Below the pieces are notes generated by a model. It saw only the letters and a program-made list of their open reading frames with translations, ran no database searches and was not told the DNA's origin. From the human T2T-CHM13v2.0 reference genome, Homo sapiens, in assembly GCF_009914755.1 (NCBI RefSeq), contig NC_060935.1: a DNA stretch of 64,000 nt; one strand, given 5' to 3'. Below, piece after piece: positions 40,953-57,114 of this stretch. Numbering within the stretch: position 1 is the first letter of the stretch; every line of letters starts with the position of its first letter. Position numbers and translations under genes: made by a program.

Positions 40953-43485
40953 ACTCTGTATATTTTCCTTGTAAAGATTTTGCACTTGACTATAATCCAA
41001 ACCTCACTTTTTAAGCCTCAATTTTACCTTGTGTAAAATGGGAAATTATAAGCAAATGATCTCAAAGCCATTTTGTTACTAAAATGTTATGATCCTAATT
41101 ATGAAGATAACCTTCATAGTGATAGTTTCATTAGTTATAGATATCCTGTTTTGTCTAATATTGTATAATGTATTATCTCATGCAATACTTAAAACTTTTT
41201 CATTATACAAACAAAACTTTAAAATATTTTTAGAGTTTCAAGCTTAATGGAACTATATAGAAAGGAAACCTTAAAGATCCATTTAACTATTTCCATCCCT
41301 TATTCCTTCATCAGAGTAAACCAGTTCAAGGTTTGATTTGTTCCTTATCATCCATTTCCTATCTCTTTATATTCATAAGTACAAATATATAGATATAATT
41401 TTTAAATTTTTCTTGCTATATATTTTGTTCCATAATTTCTCTCTTCTTTTTGTAGTAAGGCCTGAAGATCTTTCCATGAGTATAAACATGTTAACTTCAT
41501 TATTTTTAGTGACTGTGTGCTATTTTATAATATGACCATGTACTACTTCATCTACTACTCTCAGTGAATATTAGATTATTTATACATTTTTTGTTCTTAT
41601 ACATGACTATAGTGAATATCCTATATGGTACACTTATTTTTATGTATAGTATAAGTATTTCTATTCAGTAAATTTCTGTAAGTATAATTGCTGGTCCAAG
41701 GATTGCTTTATAAATCTTATTGAATATTAGCAGATTGCTTTCTGAAAAGCTTTTTACCAGTTAATATCTCTACCCACATAATAATAAAGGTATATCTTTA
41801 TCTCCTTTGTTGCACCTTATCAACCCAGGATGTTATCAGTCCTTTAAATTTTTACCAAGCTCTGGTTTATAAATGTTATCTTATTGTTTTTAAAGTTGTT
41901 TATTTCTACCTTCTTCCCTTACCTTGTCATATTCATCTGTTTTCTTGATATTTTAAATAAGCTTTTGCTTTATATAGAAAAAGTCTATTTTGCTGTAATT
42001 ATTATCTTCTATTTTTTAATCATTGGATTTACTTAATTTATACTTCTAGGTTGTTAGATTTGTATGAGTAGTTTTTTTAAATGTAGTTTTAATCTGTTTT
42101 ATTTTCTAGGCAATATATTAAGCCTACGAAGTTTCGTTATTGGTCAGTCTTGTAATAATGTGTTTAATGGTTTTTAAATTTTTATTTCTAAGACCTTTAC
42201 ACTGAAATGGGCTGTGATTTATGAAAATGTTATGGAGTTACAGTTATTTTAAGCTGCCCCAAATCTTTTTTGAAAGTGGATATGTTATAAATAAATATTA
42301 TTATTAAAAATTGTTTATGGCAAAAGAGAATATAAACTTCCTTCTTGTTCATTTGAAATATTAGTAGCTTTTCTTATTAGGAGTTAGTTGCTTGTTTCTA
42401 AGCTATGTGTCTTATCTCAGTTTATATATTCTCATTTTATCGTTAGTAATACAGTATATTCACTGATGAAATTTGAACCCCTGTGTCATATTTTATAATG
42501 TAATTTGGGAAGGATAAAATGATTTAATATATTAGTGGACTATAGTGACTGCAGTGGGATTATTTCTTTGAAGTTACTTTAACTTTTAAAAATGCATATA
42601 TTAGGCAAAAGGCAGCATTTTGTTCACTAGGACAGACGTTGAGAGGCTTAAGCTTATTAATATTTTAGTTAGTACTCAATTGGGATTTTTCATTGCTTAC
42701 TTTGAATAATACTTTTCTATTGTGAACATGTGAAAATCATTTTTAAAAAGCTATTTTTAAGACATGTTTTAATTGATGATGGAATATCTGTTTTGGAAAA
42801 TTCATATTTCTGTTTGAGTAATATTAAATTCAACATTCCATAGAGTTTCAGTGATTAATAAAAATTCAGAAAGCACATTAATCATATAGCAATGAGATAC
42901 ATTTCTCAAATTTATCACTATAACCTTACTTAGGATGGAACCAATTTTATATTTAATGAAAGCTTTTAGGGTTTTTAGCAGTCAGCGTAACATTAAACTA
43001 CCTGCTAGGTTTCTCTCATGCTGAATTTGCTCTTGTGTTGGTGACAGCAGTATGGCAACAGTAGACTCTTGAAATAGAGAGAGACTAGGATTATTAATAT
43101 TCACATCACATTGAACTGAAAGCAAGTTGACCTGGAACAGAAACATGATTGACTTATTTTGTAGCAGGAAATTTAGACTGTTAATAAACTAAAACACATA
43201 AAGAAAGCTGTCTAGACCTTTCAGTTTATATTATTAGCTATTCCATTGTTTTTTCTTCAAGAGATCAAAAGTTTTTATTTCAGTTACCTATTTCAGACAA
43301 TTATAGGATAAATTGTATATTTTGTTCCCTAAAACTTATGTTTATAATAAAACAATTTTTATATCTAAGTACCTTTATGTATTGTTTCTTCATTTACTTT
43401 ATAATTTAGAATAGGTACAAAATAATGGAAGTTGTTGGAGTATTCATTTTCAACTATATAGGGTGAGTATACAGAAAATGGTTGG

Positions 43486-44465
<980 letters not shown>

Positions 44466-45354
44466 ATTCTTACTGTTTCCCTTACTTCTTGGAATTAATA
44501 TCTTAGATTTGAAATGGCATAGAAAAATGGTGGAATATGAGGAGAAATTGTTTTCATGCAAACTTCTTGAAAGTTAGTGTCTGTGCCGCTCACCTTGCCT
44601 CCATTTCCATATGAATTTGTTTGTTGATGGAGTAAAATTCAGATATATATTATGTTTTAAAGTATAATATTACTAACCTCACATGATTGTATTTAGTGTG
44701 CAAATAATTTAATTTGGATTCTGCTATTTTTTCTGCGAAGATTAGTTTTTCTTATATGAAAAAGTGGAAGTTCTGTGGTTGGATGTTTAGAAATTTTATA
44801 ACTTGTGGCTACTAAAGTGAATCTTAATAAGTGACACAATTTTCTTCTGCTTAAATAACTTTGAAACTCCTAGAATTGTATCTAATCCTTTGAGTTTTCT
44901 GAAAATACAGTTGAATGTGCATAAAATTATTCATGAAAATGAGTGATTTAGTCTCAAGCAGTATGTGAATGCCCAAGTTCAATGTTATATAAACTGCTTT
45001 GAGCTTAAAGCATGACTTCTCTTCACAAGGTAACATTTCTTTTATACTTTTCATTGAACATATTTGAAAGCAATAAATATAGTAGAGTAGAAGTAAAAGG
45101 AATGAATTACTTAGATTTTTTACTGCTTCCTTAGTCTCTTTGAGGATCATGGGGTTTATGGAATGTTTTGGAAGTAAATTTGATATGACTATTATATAGT
45201 ATATCAGTTTACTGTATATCAGGTAGTTATTTTACTGATCACCTTTTGTTAAGTGCCTTACATATACTGCCATTTAATGCTTACAACAATTCTGTTATAC
45301 AGAGGAATAAACTAAGATTTACAGCTAATAATCTTTAACTTAGATCTAGAGGAT

Positions 45355-46172
45355 AAAAGAAGACATTTATGCAGCCAACAGACACATGAAAAAATGCTCA
45401 TCATCACTGGCCATGAGAGAAATGCAAATCAAAACCACAATGAGATACCATCTCACACCAGTTAGAATGGCGATCATTAAAAAGTCAGGAAACAACAGGT
45501 GCTGGAGAGGATGTGGAGAAATAGGAATGCTTTTACACTGTTGGTGGGACTGTAAACTGGTTCAACCATTGTGGAAGTCAGTGTGGCAATTCCTCAAGGA
45601 TCTAGAACTAGAAATACCATTTGACCCAGCCATCCCATTACTGGGTATATACCCAAAGAATTATAAATCATGCTGCTGTAAAGACACATGCACACATATG
45701 TTTATTGCGGCACTACTCACAATAGCAAAGACTTGGAACCAACCCAAATGTCCATCAGTGATAGACTGGATTAAGCAAATGTGGCACATATACACCATGG
45801 AATACTATGCAGCCATAAAAAATGATGAGTTCATGTCCTTTGTAGGGACATGGATGAAGCTGGAAACCATCATTCTGAGCAAACTATCGCAGGGACAAAA
45901 AACCAAACACTGCGTGTTCTCACTCATAGGTGGGAATTGAACAATGAGAACACTTGGACACAAGAAGGGGAACATCACACACCAGGGCCTGTCGTGGGGT
46001 GGGGGGATGGGGGAGGGATAGCATCAGGAGATATACCTAATGTAAATGACGAGTTAATGGGTGCAGCATACCAACATGGCACATGTATACATATGTAGCA
46101 AACCTGCACGTTGTGCAGATGTACCCTAGAACTTAAAGTATAATTAAATAAATAAATAAATAAATAAAAAAG
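45355..46172 (+). mobile_element. 5'-truncated L1PA4/5-like 3' end (ORF2 C-terminus, 3'UTR, (TAAA)n tail)
   Basis: 184-aa ORF 45386..45940 is the ORF2 cysteine-rich C-terminus; G-rich 3'UTR. Confidence 0.95.
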
Positions 46173-46689
46173 AAATTCTAGTGCATCCTGCTTGATGCTG
46201 AAGTTATCTTGCTGATAAGATGCAGTTGAAACAAACCACTATGCCTGGAAATGTGGACTTGATCTCAACTATAAGATTCACTTTAAGATGTCCTAATGTC
46301 ATATTAATCCTGATCTAGTAGTTTCACTCTAATTATAATTATTTACTAGAGTGTATGGGATTTAATGTATGGGAGGTGTGGTTGACTTAAACCATCTAAT
46401 GGCCTACTGTCATTTATTAATTTTTCTTCATTAGGTAGTTATTCATTTAGAGAGTTATTCACTTGAGATTTTGCTTGTTATATATCCCCTTGATATTAAA
46501 ATATTTTTAAACAAAACTCAAGTATATTGAAATAAATTGTCATTGAATTAAAGTGACCAAATTTCTTGATCTGATAAAGCAAAAATAGATGAAGGATTTT
46601 AAAGATACCAAAATATTTGCTCAATTTTGGATTTTGACAGTTTTTTTAAAAAAAAAACTATTCAGAAAGCCTTAATTTATTCATTTTTT

Positions 46690-47060
46690 TCTCCCTTCCC
46701 TTCCCTCCCCTCCCCTTTTCTTTTCTTTTTCTTTTCTCTTCTCTTCTCTTTCTTTTCTTTTCTTTTCTTCTTTCTTTTTTTGATAGAGTCTTGCTCTATT
46801 GCCCAGGCTGGAGTGCAGTAGTGCGATCTCGGCTCACTGCAACCTCTGCCTCCTGAGCTAAAGCCATCCTCCCACCTCAGCCTCCCAAATACTGGGACTA
46901 CAGGCACACACCACCATGGGCGGCTACTTTTTGTACTTTTTGTAGAGATGGAATTTCACCATTTTTCCCAGGCTGGCCTCAAACTCGTGAGCTCAAGTCA
47001 TCTGCCCGCCTCTCCCTCCCAGGATGTTGGGATTACAGGCATAAGCCATGGCACCCAGCC
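46690..47060 (-). mobile_element. AluJ (Jb-like) with a long pyrimidine-rich tail
   Basis: gccatcctcccacctcagcc J-type; TSD ccttaattt. Confidence 0.92.
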
Positions 47061-47224
47061 CCTTAATTTTTTTATTCTTAATTTTAATTCAGTTTAACTG
47101 GAAATAATGCAGCCATGCACTTGTGCGCATGTTCTTTTTCTCTTTTTCTGTAAATTGTGTTTTTAGTATTATTCTTGAATCATTATTGTTCTGCTTTATA
47201 ATGTTATTGTTAAATACTTATGGC

Positions 47225-47480
47225 TGAAGGGATTTATTGGTACAGGTAGGCAACCAGATATAGGGCCAAAAGAGCTTTCTTTGCCATTTCCAGCTTAGAA
47301 AATTAAGGAAGAAGATCCTGGTTGGCCTGTCTGAGGTCACATGGAAACCCTTGTATCAATGTCTATGGAGTGCTGCGATGTGATTGAGCAACACCGTAAT
47401 TATATGCTCATTCTTAAGGTCAGGATATCTTCTGTAACCAGATAACAGGAGAAGGGTAACCACCATTACCCACTTATTGT
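47225..47480 (-). mobile_element. Old MLT1 fragment
   Basis: gggatttattgg...ctggttggcctgtctgaggtcacatg. Confidence 0.45.
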
Positions 47481-47694
47481 CTACATATTATGTGCCTATT
47501 TTTTGACAACATTTTGGAGTTTTGGGCTCAGTAATAATTAGCAATTAGTTTACTGACTCCAGTGGATAATCTGAGGACCATAGACTGACAGGGGCTTTGC
47601 TTCTGTTCTTGAACCTAGAGACTACATTGTTCTTCCTCAGTACAAGTGAAGAAATGGCTAAAATAAATGTAGTAGTACTGTGTGTACATTTGTT

Positions 47695-47768
47695 TGTGTG
47701 TGTGTGTATATATATATATACACACACATATATATATATCTGTGTGTGTCACAGATATATATATCTGT
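47695..47768. repeat. Compound TG/TA/CA palindromic microsatellite
   Basis: direct read. Confidence 0.9.
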
Positions 47769-47785
47769 CATAAAGAATTAACTAG

Positions 47786-47955
47786 GCCAGGCATGGTGAC
47801 TCATACATGTAATCTCAGCACTTTGCATGGTCAAGGTGGAAGGATCACTTGAGTCCAGGAGTTTGAGGCTGTAGTAAGCTATGATCACACTACTGCACCC
47901 CAGCCTGGGCAACAGAGTGAGACCATGTCTGTAAAAACAAACATCAAAACAAATG
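47786..47955 (+). mobile_element. Alu monomer (FRAM/FAM-like)
   Basis: single ~150-bp monomer with A-rich tail and degenerate TSD aaagaattaacta/aaagaatttgcta. Confidence 0.85.
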
Positions 47956-48384
47956 AAAAGAATTTGCTATATCATTAAATTATAAGTATTGAACAATATC
48001 ATTAAATGATAACGTTTTTGAATTAATACATTTATTGTCTTATTTATCTTTATCGATAATTATGTATTTCTTTACCTTAAACTATATGTTATTATAATCA
48101 TTTTAAAGATTCATTAATTTATAAAATATTCATCTTACTAGCTTCTCCAGCTCATCATTATTTAACTACAAATCTGAATTTTAACCTAATACCTAAGAAT
48201 ACTACGCTACACATCTTCCCAAAAGACACACCTTGCTTTTTATAGTATTTTAATTCTCATGGTAGTTGTTTCATATACATATTAGTTGGTTGTAACTGTT
48301 TTTGGGGGTTTTTCAGCCACACTTGAACAATGGCCAATTGCTTAGATCTGTTATGTTTTGAGGGATTTAAAATTTATTTATGTA

Positions 48385-48697
<313 letters not shown>

Positions 48698-48744
48698 TTA
48701 TCTATGTAATATTCATTGGCTATGTTATAGTTGTGAATGTGTTT

Positions 48745-49715
48745 TTTTAAAGTAGGGTTTATTTTTTAGAGCAGTTGTAGGTTCATGGCAAAATTAAGCA
48801 GAAAGTATAGAGATTTCCCATACATTCCTTGCCTCCACATACTGTACAGCCTCTTTCACTATCAAAATCCTGCACCAGAGTGGTACACTTGTTAAAACTG
48901 TTCAACTTACATTGACACATCCTAATCACCTGAAGTTCATAGTTTACATTAAAGTTCACTCTTGGTATTGTACCTTATATGGATTTTGAGAAATTTAAAT
49001 GACATGTGTTCACCATTCTAGTATCTTACAGAGTAGTTTCACTGCTCTTAAAATATTCTCTGCCTTATCATTCCTGCTCACTTAACCCCTGGCAAACGCT
49101 GATCCTTTTACTGCCTATAGTTTTGCCTGTTCCAAATTATATTCTAATTATATTTGTCATATAATTGGAATCATACAGTATGTCAGTATGTAGCCTTTGT
49201 AGATTGTCTTCTTTCACTTACTATTGTACGTTTAAGGTTCTTTCATGTTTTTTTCATGGTGTAATATCTCATTTCTTTTTAATGTTGATTAAAATTCCTT
49301 TATCTGGAGGACCACAGTTTATCCATTCGGCATCTACTGAAGGAAATCTTGGTTGCTTCCAAGTTTTGACAGTTATGAATAAAGCAGCTGTAAACATCCA
49401 TATGCAGGTTTTTGTGTAGACATAACATTTCAACACATTTAGGTAAATACCAAGGAAGGCAATTTCTGGATCATATGGTAAGAATATGTTTTGTTTTGTA
49501 AGAAACCGCTAACCTGCCTTCCAAAGTGGCTGTACCCTTTTGCATTCCTGCCAGCAATTAATGAGGGTTTCTGTTGCTCAACATCCTTACCATTATTTGG
49601 TGCTGTCAGTGTTTTGGATTTTGGCCTTTCTCATAGGTGTATAGTAGTGACTTATTTTAATTTGCCTTTTTCTGATGACATATGATGTGGAACTTTTTTT
49701 TACATGGTCACATGT
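48745..49715 (-). mobile_element. L1MC-like 3' fragment
   Basis: ttttttagagcagttgtaggttca...gcagaaagtatagagatttccc; ORF2-end motifs. Confidence 0.8.
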
Positions 49716-51879
49716 TTGTTTTTGTTAATTCACTTAATCAAGAAATAGTTATTGAGTACTACACACACACACACATGCACATCCCCAATATATACTTTTA
49801 TAAAAGAAATTTTACGTATGTAGGTGTGATTTTCTTGTAGGCAAGGAAATAACTTGCTTGTAGTACTTACAGGAAGGTCTTTTCATTGTATGTATGTTTT
49901 GTATAAATTGTGACTTAATCTCATATTTATCCCAACCTGTAGGTTTATAATTACACATACATATAATACTAGATGTAAAGTATTACAATATGGGAAAAGC
50001 TATATAAATTATCTGTTAAAACTTGGTAGGAAGGTTTGTGCTTAATAGATGGCTTCTTTTTGTTAATAAACATTTAGTGGGTTTTTTAAAAAACGCAAAT
50101 GATACAAGCTTATTTTTAGAAAATTTGCAAAATACACATAAGAATAAAGAAAACAAAAAGGACCTATAATCTTAAAATTAAATCACTGATTAAAATTTTG
50201 CTATTTTAATGTGTTTTTGCAGATGTTTATCCATATATGTATGTTTTTATAAACATCTTCCTCCTCCTTCTACAAAATGGATTATGCTGTATATATTTTG
50301 TTTTGATTATTATTTATGATAGACTTTTGGATATTGTTATATAAGGTTTCCCTCTGTTATAAACAATCTTTCAATGACTGTCCTTATTTCTTATTAGGAG
50401 CACATACGTGATCCCTTTGCTTAAATTTCTAGAAGTGAAATTTCTTTATATAAGGACATGTAGAGTGTTAAGGAACACATAAAATGCCCTCCAAAAAAGA
50501 CAGAGTCAATTTCATTCTCAACAGCAATCTATTCGAGTTTTAAATCTCTGAACCTTATTTATACCAGGTATTTTATAAAGTACTTGGCCTTACAATTCTT
50601 ATTTTAACATATGCCACTTAATTTTTTAAATTACAAGTTATTCATGCTCTTTGTAATAGCCAAATAATGTATACATATAAATAAAGAAAAAAAAGTCTCC
50701 TTTTCAGTCTCTCCCCAACTTGTTACCCCCTTTTAGACCTTATATAACAGGTGTTAAAAATTTGGTTTTATTCTTCACAAATTTATTTGTGCTCATATAG
50801 TTATACAAAGTGTGTGTTCAAATTTTATCATGTATGGCTTTTTGTATTCAATTTTTTAAAAATTTAGCTCCAATTTTATTTTAATGTGGGTAATTTCCTT
50901 CGGTTTTTCTTTCATTTTACTTATATTTTACAAATTTTTCTTCATCTGGGTCTAATTTAAACAATTATAAAGTTCTCTCCCCCTCCTTCATCTGCCTTTT
51001 TCAGAAGCGCTGTATACTTCTGGGATGTTTAGTCCCTTCTTACATTCTTGAGTATTTAATGATACTTGTATTAGAGTCTCTTTCAGATTGTTCTATTATC
51101 TGAAATTCTTAACATTTTAGTCTTCTTTTCTGATGTGTCTAATGACCCTTGCTTATAGTGGATTGTTTTCTCCTGCTGATAATTTTGGACCGTGAACCCA
51201 TCTTCAGTGATACTTTATCTTTTGGAGTTCTTTGAGAACAGGGTTAGGGGAGTAGTTCTCTAAAGCAAGCTTGCCTCGACTCTTACCAGGTAACCTAGTG
51301 ACATCATGATTAGTTCTGTTGTTTAGGGACTCCCTGTCAGTCCATTGTTAAAATTTATGCCTTAAGTCTGTGCTCGGCACAAGTATGATGTTTAATTTTT
51401 TCAGAGGACGCTTTTCTTTTCCCCAGATTCCAGGTATATTTGTTGCTTCTTGTGAGCATGGGCACTTTTTTCTGGTTCATATTTTTGCTGATAATGTAAT
51501 TCTTTAAGGGCCCAAGTTTTAGAAAGAAAGAAATCTCATTGTTAATATTTCTCCTTATGTTGGCTCTGGTAGGTTGTGCCCTAGGTTACCATGACTGTTT
51601 TCCTCTAAGGCAGCCATAGCTGGTTTTAATGCCACTCTGGTTTTCAATTCCCTCTTTTTTTCTGATGCTTGAGGACCTTTTATCCAAGATTTTAGGTATT
51701 TGTAGCTGGAATGTTTTGAAAATTAGTCTTTCATCTTCCATTTTGCTAGAACTGAGTCACCAATTGCTGATTTTCTATCTTAATTTCCTGCAAGTTGGTA
51801 ATTGTGTTCCATAGACAAAAAGATTAATAATGATTAAATAAAATGTAGGATCTGTTTTATTCATTATTAGTACTAATAA

Positions 51880-52126
51880 AATGATAATAACTAATGTTTA
51901 TTGGGCTTTTAGAGTGTCCTAGGTACCATGCTAAGTGCTTCAGATACATTATCTAATCTAATTATTAAAATAATGCAGTGAGGTAGATAGTATTTAATAT
52001 TATTGTCCCCTGTTACAGAGAAGGAAACTGAGGTCAAGAGAGATGATGTAATTTGTTTCTGGCTAAGGTCACCTGGCTAGTAAAATAGGAGGGATGGAAT
52101 TTATATCCAGTTTCTTGATTCTGGAC
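51880..52126 (-). mobile_element. MIR, interrupted by an Alu
   Basis: ggaaactgaggtcaagaga...aaggtcacctggctagtaa core. Confidence 0.8.
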
Positions 52127-52140
52127 CTGTGTGGGTTCTT

Positions 52141-52451
<311 letters not shown>

Positions 52452-53919
52452 TAATGCCCATGTAATGAGACTGTTCTTATAAGAAATACTTGTTATCCAC
52501 CTGCCTATTGTAGGCAATAGGGTTGCAGTGGAGAACAAGGCCTACCCAGTCTCATGGAGAGTAGAGTTAGTATACTGTGTGGATTAAAAACATTCTTCCC
52601 ATAAATGGAAACAAGTTCGTTTATTTCCACAACATTTAAAAGATGAAAACATCAAATCTTATTTTGCATAGGTACCCTGTATTTAAGAGTGGTGTTTTTG
52701 ATACATCATGTTACAATTATATCTTATCCATTTCCATACTATATGTCTGACACAGTATTGTTTTACCAGAAAGATGTTTTATTATATTTTAATAAAGACA
52801 TAATTTTATTTACTCAATTTTGTATGCCATATATAAACTTGTGGCTCTTATTTAATTTAATATGTTCTTAAAAATTGAACCAGTTCTTACTTATGGAAAA
52901 TAATTAGTTTTCAGTTCTTTGTAAATATATTATTTAATTTCAAAGAGTTGAAGTCAAAGAGTATGATCCTCCTAAGACTACCGGCAGTGGAATGTATGCG
53001 GCGTATTATTGAATTCACTTCCTACATTCTTCGACTTTGTTTCTTCCTTCTTTCTTTTTATTTTGTCTTTTAGATTGCTCCTGAAAGTCTGAATCTTAAT
53101 TTCTACCTTATTTTTCTATCTTCCCTTCTTTTTTTCCTCCTTCCTTTACTGAGAAATTTCTGAGCATAATCTGTGTTGTAGTTTTCTGATAAAGTAGATA
53201 CGACCTTCTCCTTTGATAACTCTCATTCTATGTGATTGGTGTCTTTTTGATACCTATTTATTGACAGCCTGTTTTTGGTTCTGCTTTCGTTTTACCTGTG
53301 AAGTACTGGGTTATCTGATAGTTTTTTCTGTATTATCTAACCTCAATTAGTTACTCATGTTTTAACTTTCTAAGTGATAACACATTGAAGGAATTATTTG
53401 TTGTTTGGACTTATTTGGTATAACTTTTCTTCTTGTGTGGAAAATGAAGAGTTCACTACAGTTTCCTGTTTGATTTAGGAAATTAATCTATCTAGTAAGG
53501 AGAAAATAGTTGTCATAATTGCATGTAGTCACCCATATGTTTAAACCTACACAGTGACAAACTGAAGATTGCTAATGCATGGAGTGGATTTGGTGGATGA
53601 TGACTAATCAAATTTCACAACTATATTAATGTTTCACCTGGCTAAGTTAGTTTTGTTTTGTTTTTTAATGACATGGGCCCACTGCATAATTGTTAGTGCT
53701 TTCTCCAAAAATGTGATCACTTACTTACTCTGACCCCACCCCTGACTTGAAGTGTCTCTAAGATGTAGAAAGCAATCTGAATAGTAATTTCTTACATCGA
53801 TAAAAAAGTAGGTCATATGAAGACAGAATAGAGATTTTTGTGTGCCAAATTTTAACGACTATGCTTTTCCAAAGACACAAATTTTTAAAAGGCAAGATAA
53901 TATCTGTTATTCTTTGCAG

Positions 53920-53985
53920 GCTGATCAGTTGATGTTCGCTTTGCATTTTGTTCGAGGCATGCATCCTGAACTTTTTCAAGAAAAT
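53920..53985 (+). CDS. DYNC2H1: DYNC2H1 exon, 66 nt: ADQLMFALHFVRGMHPELFQEN
   Basis: ttgcag acceptor, AAT/gtaagt donor; continues RCLFK-ADQLMF. Confidence 0.95.
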
Positions 53986-55750
53986 GTAAGTCAAATTAAA
54001 GGAGAGAAATTTTACAGTAACATAGAAATTTGTTAATGGGTGGATTTATGTTTAGATTAGAAATTATTTAGGCTAGAAATTATATATCAACCTATTAATC
54101 TTTTACTAAGTTAGAAATGTAGTATAAAATGGTGATTCCTAGTTCTACTTCCCTGTGGATGAGCCTAACATTCCAGAGTGATGGTAAAGCAGGGAAAGAA
54201 ATCTACAAAGCTGCCTACATTTTTCTGAACCCAAGTTCACTTACTTAGGGCAACAGAAGAGTCAGCCTTCTTCTTTTCCCGGCCTAGGTAGTAGAGCTCA
54301 TATAGAAAAAGTGAGACAATATTGGTACAAAACTACATTATTTATTGCTTCCACTGAACTGTCAAGAGGCAGCAGGTGAGGCATGAAGATGGGCAGTTCT
54401 CAGAAGTTTTCCTGAACCTACAGGTTTATGTTAATTTTTTTATGTATAATTTGTCTTCCTTGTTTATGATCTCATTTCTAGTCTGCCATGTAACCCCTTC
54501 TCAAACTTTAAAAGGACCTCCCTTGAGCTGGAGCTAACGAGACCATTTCTTGTCTGCTTACAATTTTAAAAAAAAAGCTATTTGCAAGTAATTTTTCTCA
54601 TTATGATGCTGTTATCATAAAGTGAGATTCCAGTAGCCAGGGTGTCAAGGGATGGTATATGGACAGTGCAACTTTGACTTACTTTACTCTACTTAGTCAA
54701 ATTTTAACTATTTTCTGGTTCCTTTCATTTGAATATAATAGTTAAAATAATGCAGACCATTCACAGTTCATATGTTCTCCCTTTGTTTTTCTCTGACTCC
54801 ACATGCACTGACATGTATAGTTTCTGCTGAATTTATTAATTTGGTCCAGTTTATTCCTGCTGTTAACTTTGATTTCTTTTCCTCCTCTTATCTAATATTT
54901 TTCACTATGATCAGTATGTTCCATGAAATATATATATTCCTTATTTTTCTCTCCTAAAGTATAAACAAATTGTCATTGGGAAAGGAGAACACTTTTCTCT
55001 GACTCACATAATGTAGTAGTAATCATTCATATTTTACTTATTTGTGGCTGCATAATTGTAATAGGAAGAGTGTGTGGCCAGGGTGAGTGAAGCCAGAAAA
55101 TATGTTGCTTTGGTAGTTTTTCCACATTGCTCTCAAATTTTCATATATTTTGCTTATTTACTGGCCCGTGTGTGACAGTAGTCACACAAATAGTACCTAT
55201 TATTGTCTAACTTGGGGATGCCATGGGGAAGGTGTAGATTTTCTTGGCACTGGATTCTGCAACACTTGATTAATCTTAATTCTATGGCAAAAAAAAAAAA
55301 AAGATTAATGGCATCTTCTCCCAATCAGTGAGAAAAAAATGCGTTAATGGAATTACTTTTCTCAATATTTCCTACCAGATACCATTTTTAAGTTTTTGGG
55401 TGCACCTTACTTCTACTTATTAGCAACAAATAGCCTGTGGGAAAACAATTAACAGGTAGTGACAAATGTTAAGTGAACATGACATTTAAATTTTTAGACA
55501 TTGAGACTCATATATATAATGGAGTTGTTTTGTTTTAATAAAATTATTCTTAGTAGATTTCATATTAATATTTTATGTTGTCACATTAATTCATTCTTGA
55601 TAATGTTAACATACTAGAAGAAGTGGTAAGATGGAAATGAGTATCTGCTTAGAAAAATGCATTTTAAGCCATCTTATAAGGAAAGTTAGACAATTTTGTT
55701 AACTGGTTATCATTTTTATATTTTTGTGTTCCTATATTTTTATTCAATAG

Positions 55751-55801
55751 GAATGGGATACGTTTACAGGTGTGGTTGTTGGAGACATGTTACGGAAAGC
55801 T
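55751..55801 (+). CDS. DYNC2H1: DYNC2H1 exon, 51 nt: EWDTFTGVVVGDMLRKA
   Basis: caatag acceptor, GCT/gtaagt donor, phase 0-0. Confidence 0.93.
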
Positions 55802-56579
55802 GTAAGTTAAAATAACAAAATCTATTTTGCTCTTAAAGAAAATATTTCTGGCTTTTTGTTCATGAGGTATAATTTGCTTCAGAGGTGTTCTAAATTATTG
55901 TTGAAGTTATAATTTGATTAGAAGAATATATTCTGGCCTCTTAAGTATTTCCTATAAAATAGACAAGTATATTTGTTTACTTTGAAGACATATATTCTGA
56001 GAATAATATGTCATACTAATGAATTAATGCAGTTTCTTTTTCTCAGTATATGTATTTTATTCCAAGGATATTTTATAATCTTTAAGAAAATCAAATCTTA
56101 TAACTTGAAAATTTTTCTTATATACTTGGAGTTTTAAAATTACATTTTAGAACTTTTTAATAACTTCATTCAAATTTAGCTTTTTTTCCTACTAATTTCC
56201 TATTTGAATACATAATGAATAATAGTCTTCCAGCAGTACACCCAAAATATAACACGGAACATAGATCATGTCTGAAATGTAAGATATAATTTTAAAAAAT
56301 GTAATTTTTATGACAGTTCCTCATGACATTTGAGTTTTTCTGAAGTTTCATGAAAGATTAAGCACAATGAAAAAATGATTGCAACATTTTCCTAAATGGT
56401 TCTCAGTCCCTTATGTTACATAGAATTTTACCATGGTGACTTGTAAAATACATAAAAATATAAAGAAATAATGCATAGAATGAATTTTTTTCAAAATAAT
56501 AAAATAGCTAATCAATTGCTATTTTTTAAACTCTGAATTTTACCAAGTATACTAAGGAAAATAATTGCTTTTATTAAAG

Positions 56580-56657
56580 GACTCTCAACAAAAAATACGT
56601 GATCAGCTTCCGTCTTGGATAGATCAGGAACGAAGCTGGGCCGTGGCAACATTAAAG
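56580..56657 (+). CDS. DYNC2H1: DYNC2H1 exon, 78 nt: DSQQKIRDQLPSWIDQERSWAVATLK
   Basis: weak ttaaag acceptor, AAG/gtattc donor; PSW motif; overlaps ORF-track 56565..56771. Confidence 0.92.
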
Positions 56658-57114
56658 GTATTCCTTTTCTACTATGAGACATGTTTTAATTTCTTCTGTA
56701 TTTGCATTGTTTCTGTTGATACTTTGTGCTCCTTATTCGTAATCAGTGTTAACATTTTTAATAGGATGTAAGTTCCCCCAGTAAAAAGTTACCAAAGAAT
56801 TATTGTAATTAGTCCTTTAACCAGTAATTATTAAACCTTTCATTTATGAAATAGCATGCCTTCCAAATACAGTATTTTCTTTCTCTCCCTTCCCACCCCA
56901 GCCACCATGGTAAGTTAGGCTATGAGAATGGTGACATGGGGGAAGAAAAAGCAGTTTAGAAGCTTAACTCTCAATAATTCTGTGTTCTTCAACTACTCAG
57001 GCTAAAATGTTGTTTTTGTGGGGAATGAAAGACAAGTCTATGCATATGTTTCCATCCTTCCGTTCCTTCCCCTGCTTTTCTTCACAACTGTTGTATCATT
57101 ATAACAGCACCTGA

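Noticed and set aside
45386-45940. 184-aa ORF, the longest in the window
   Set aside because: It is the C-terminus of L1 ORF2 in a 5'-truncated copy, not a host gene.
55169-55188. Small hairpin tgtgtgac-agta-gtcacaca
   Set aside because: An 8-bp stem is within chance expectation; no ncRNA features.
54140-55302. Unique-looking segment ending in an A14 run, possible retrocopy
   Set aside because: No nearby poly(A) signal, no TSD and no recognisable parent ORF.
56427-56440. RFX X-box-like tttaccatggtgac (also half-site ccatggtaac near 15238)
   Set aside because: Imperfect matches far from the promoter; expected by chance in 64 kb.
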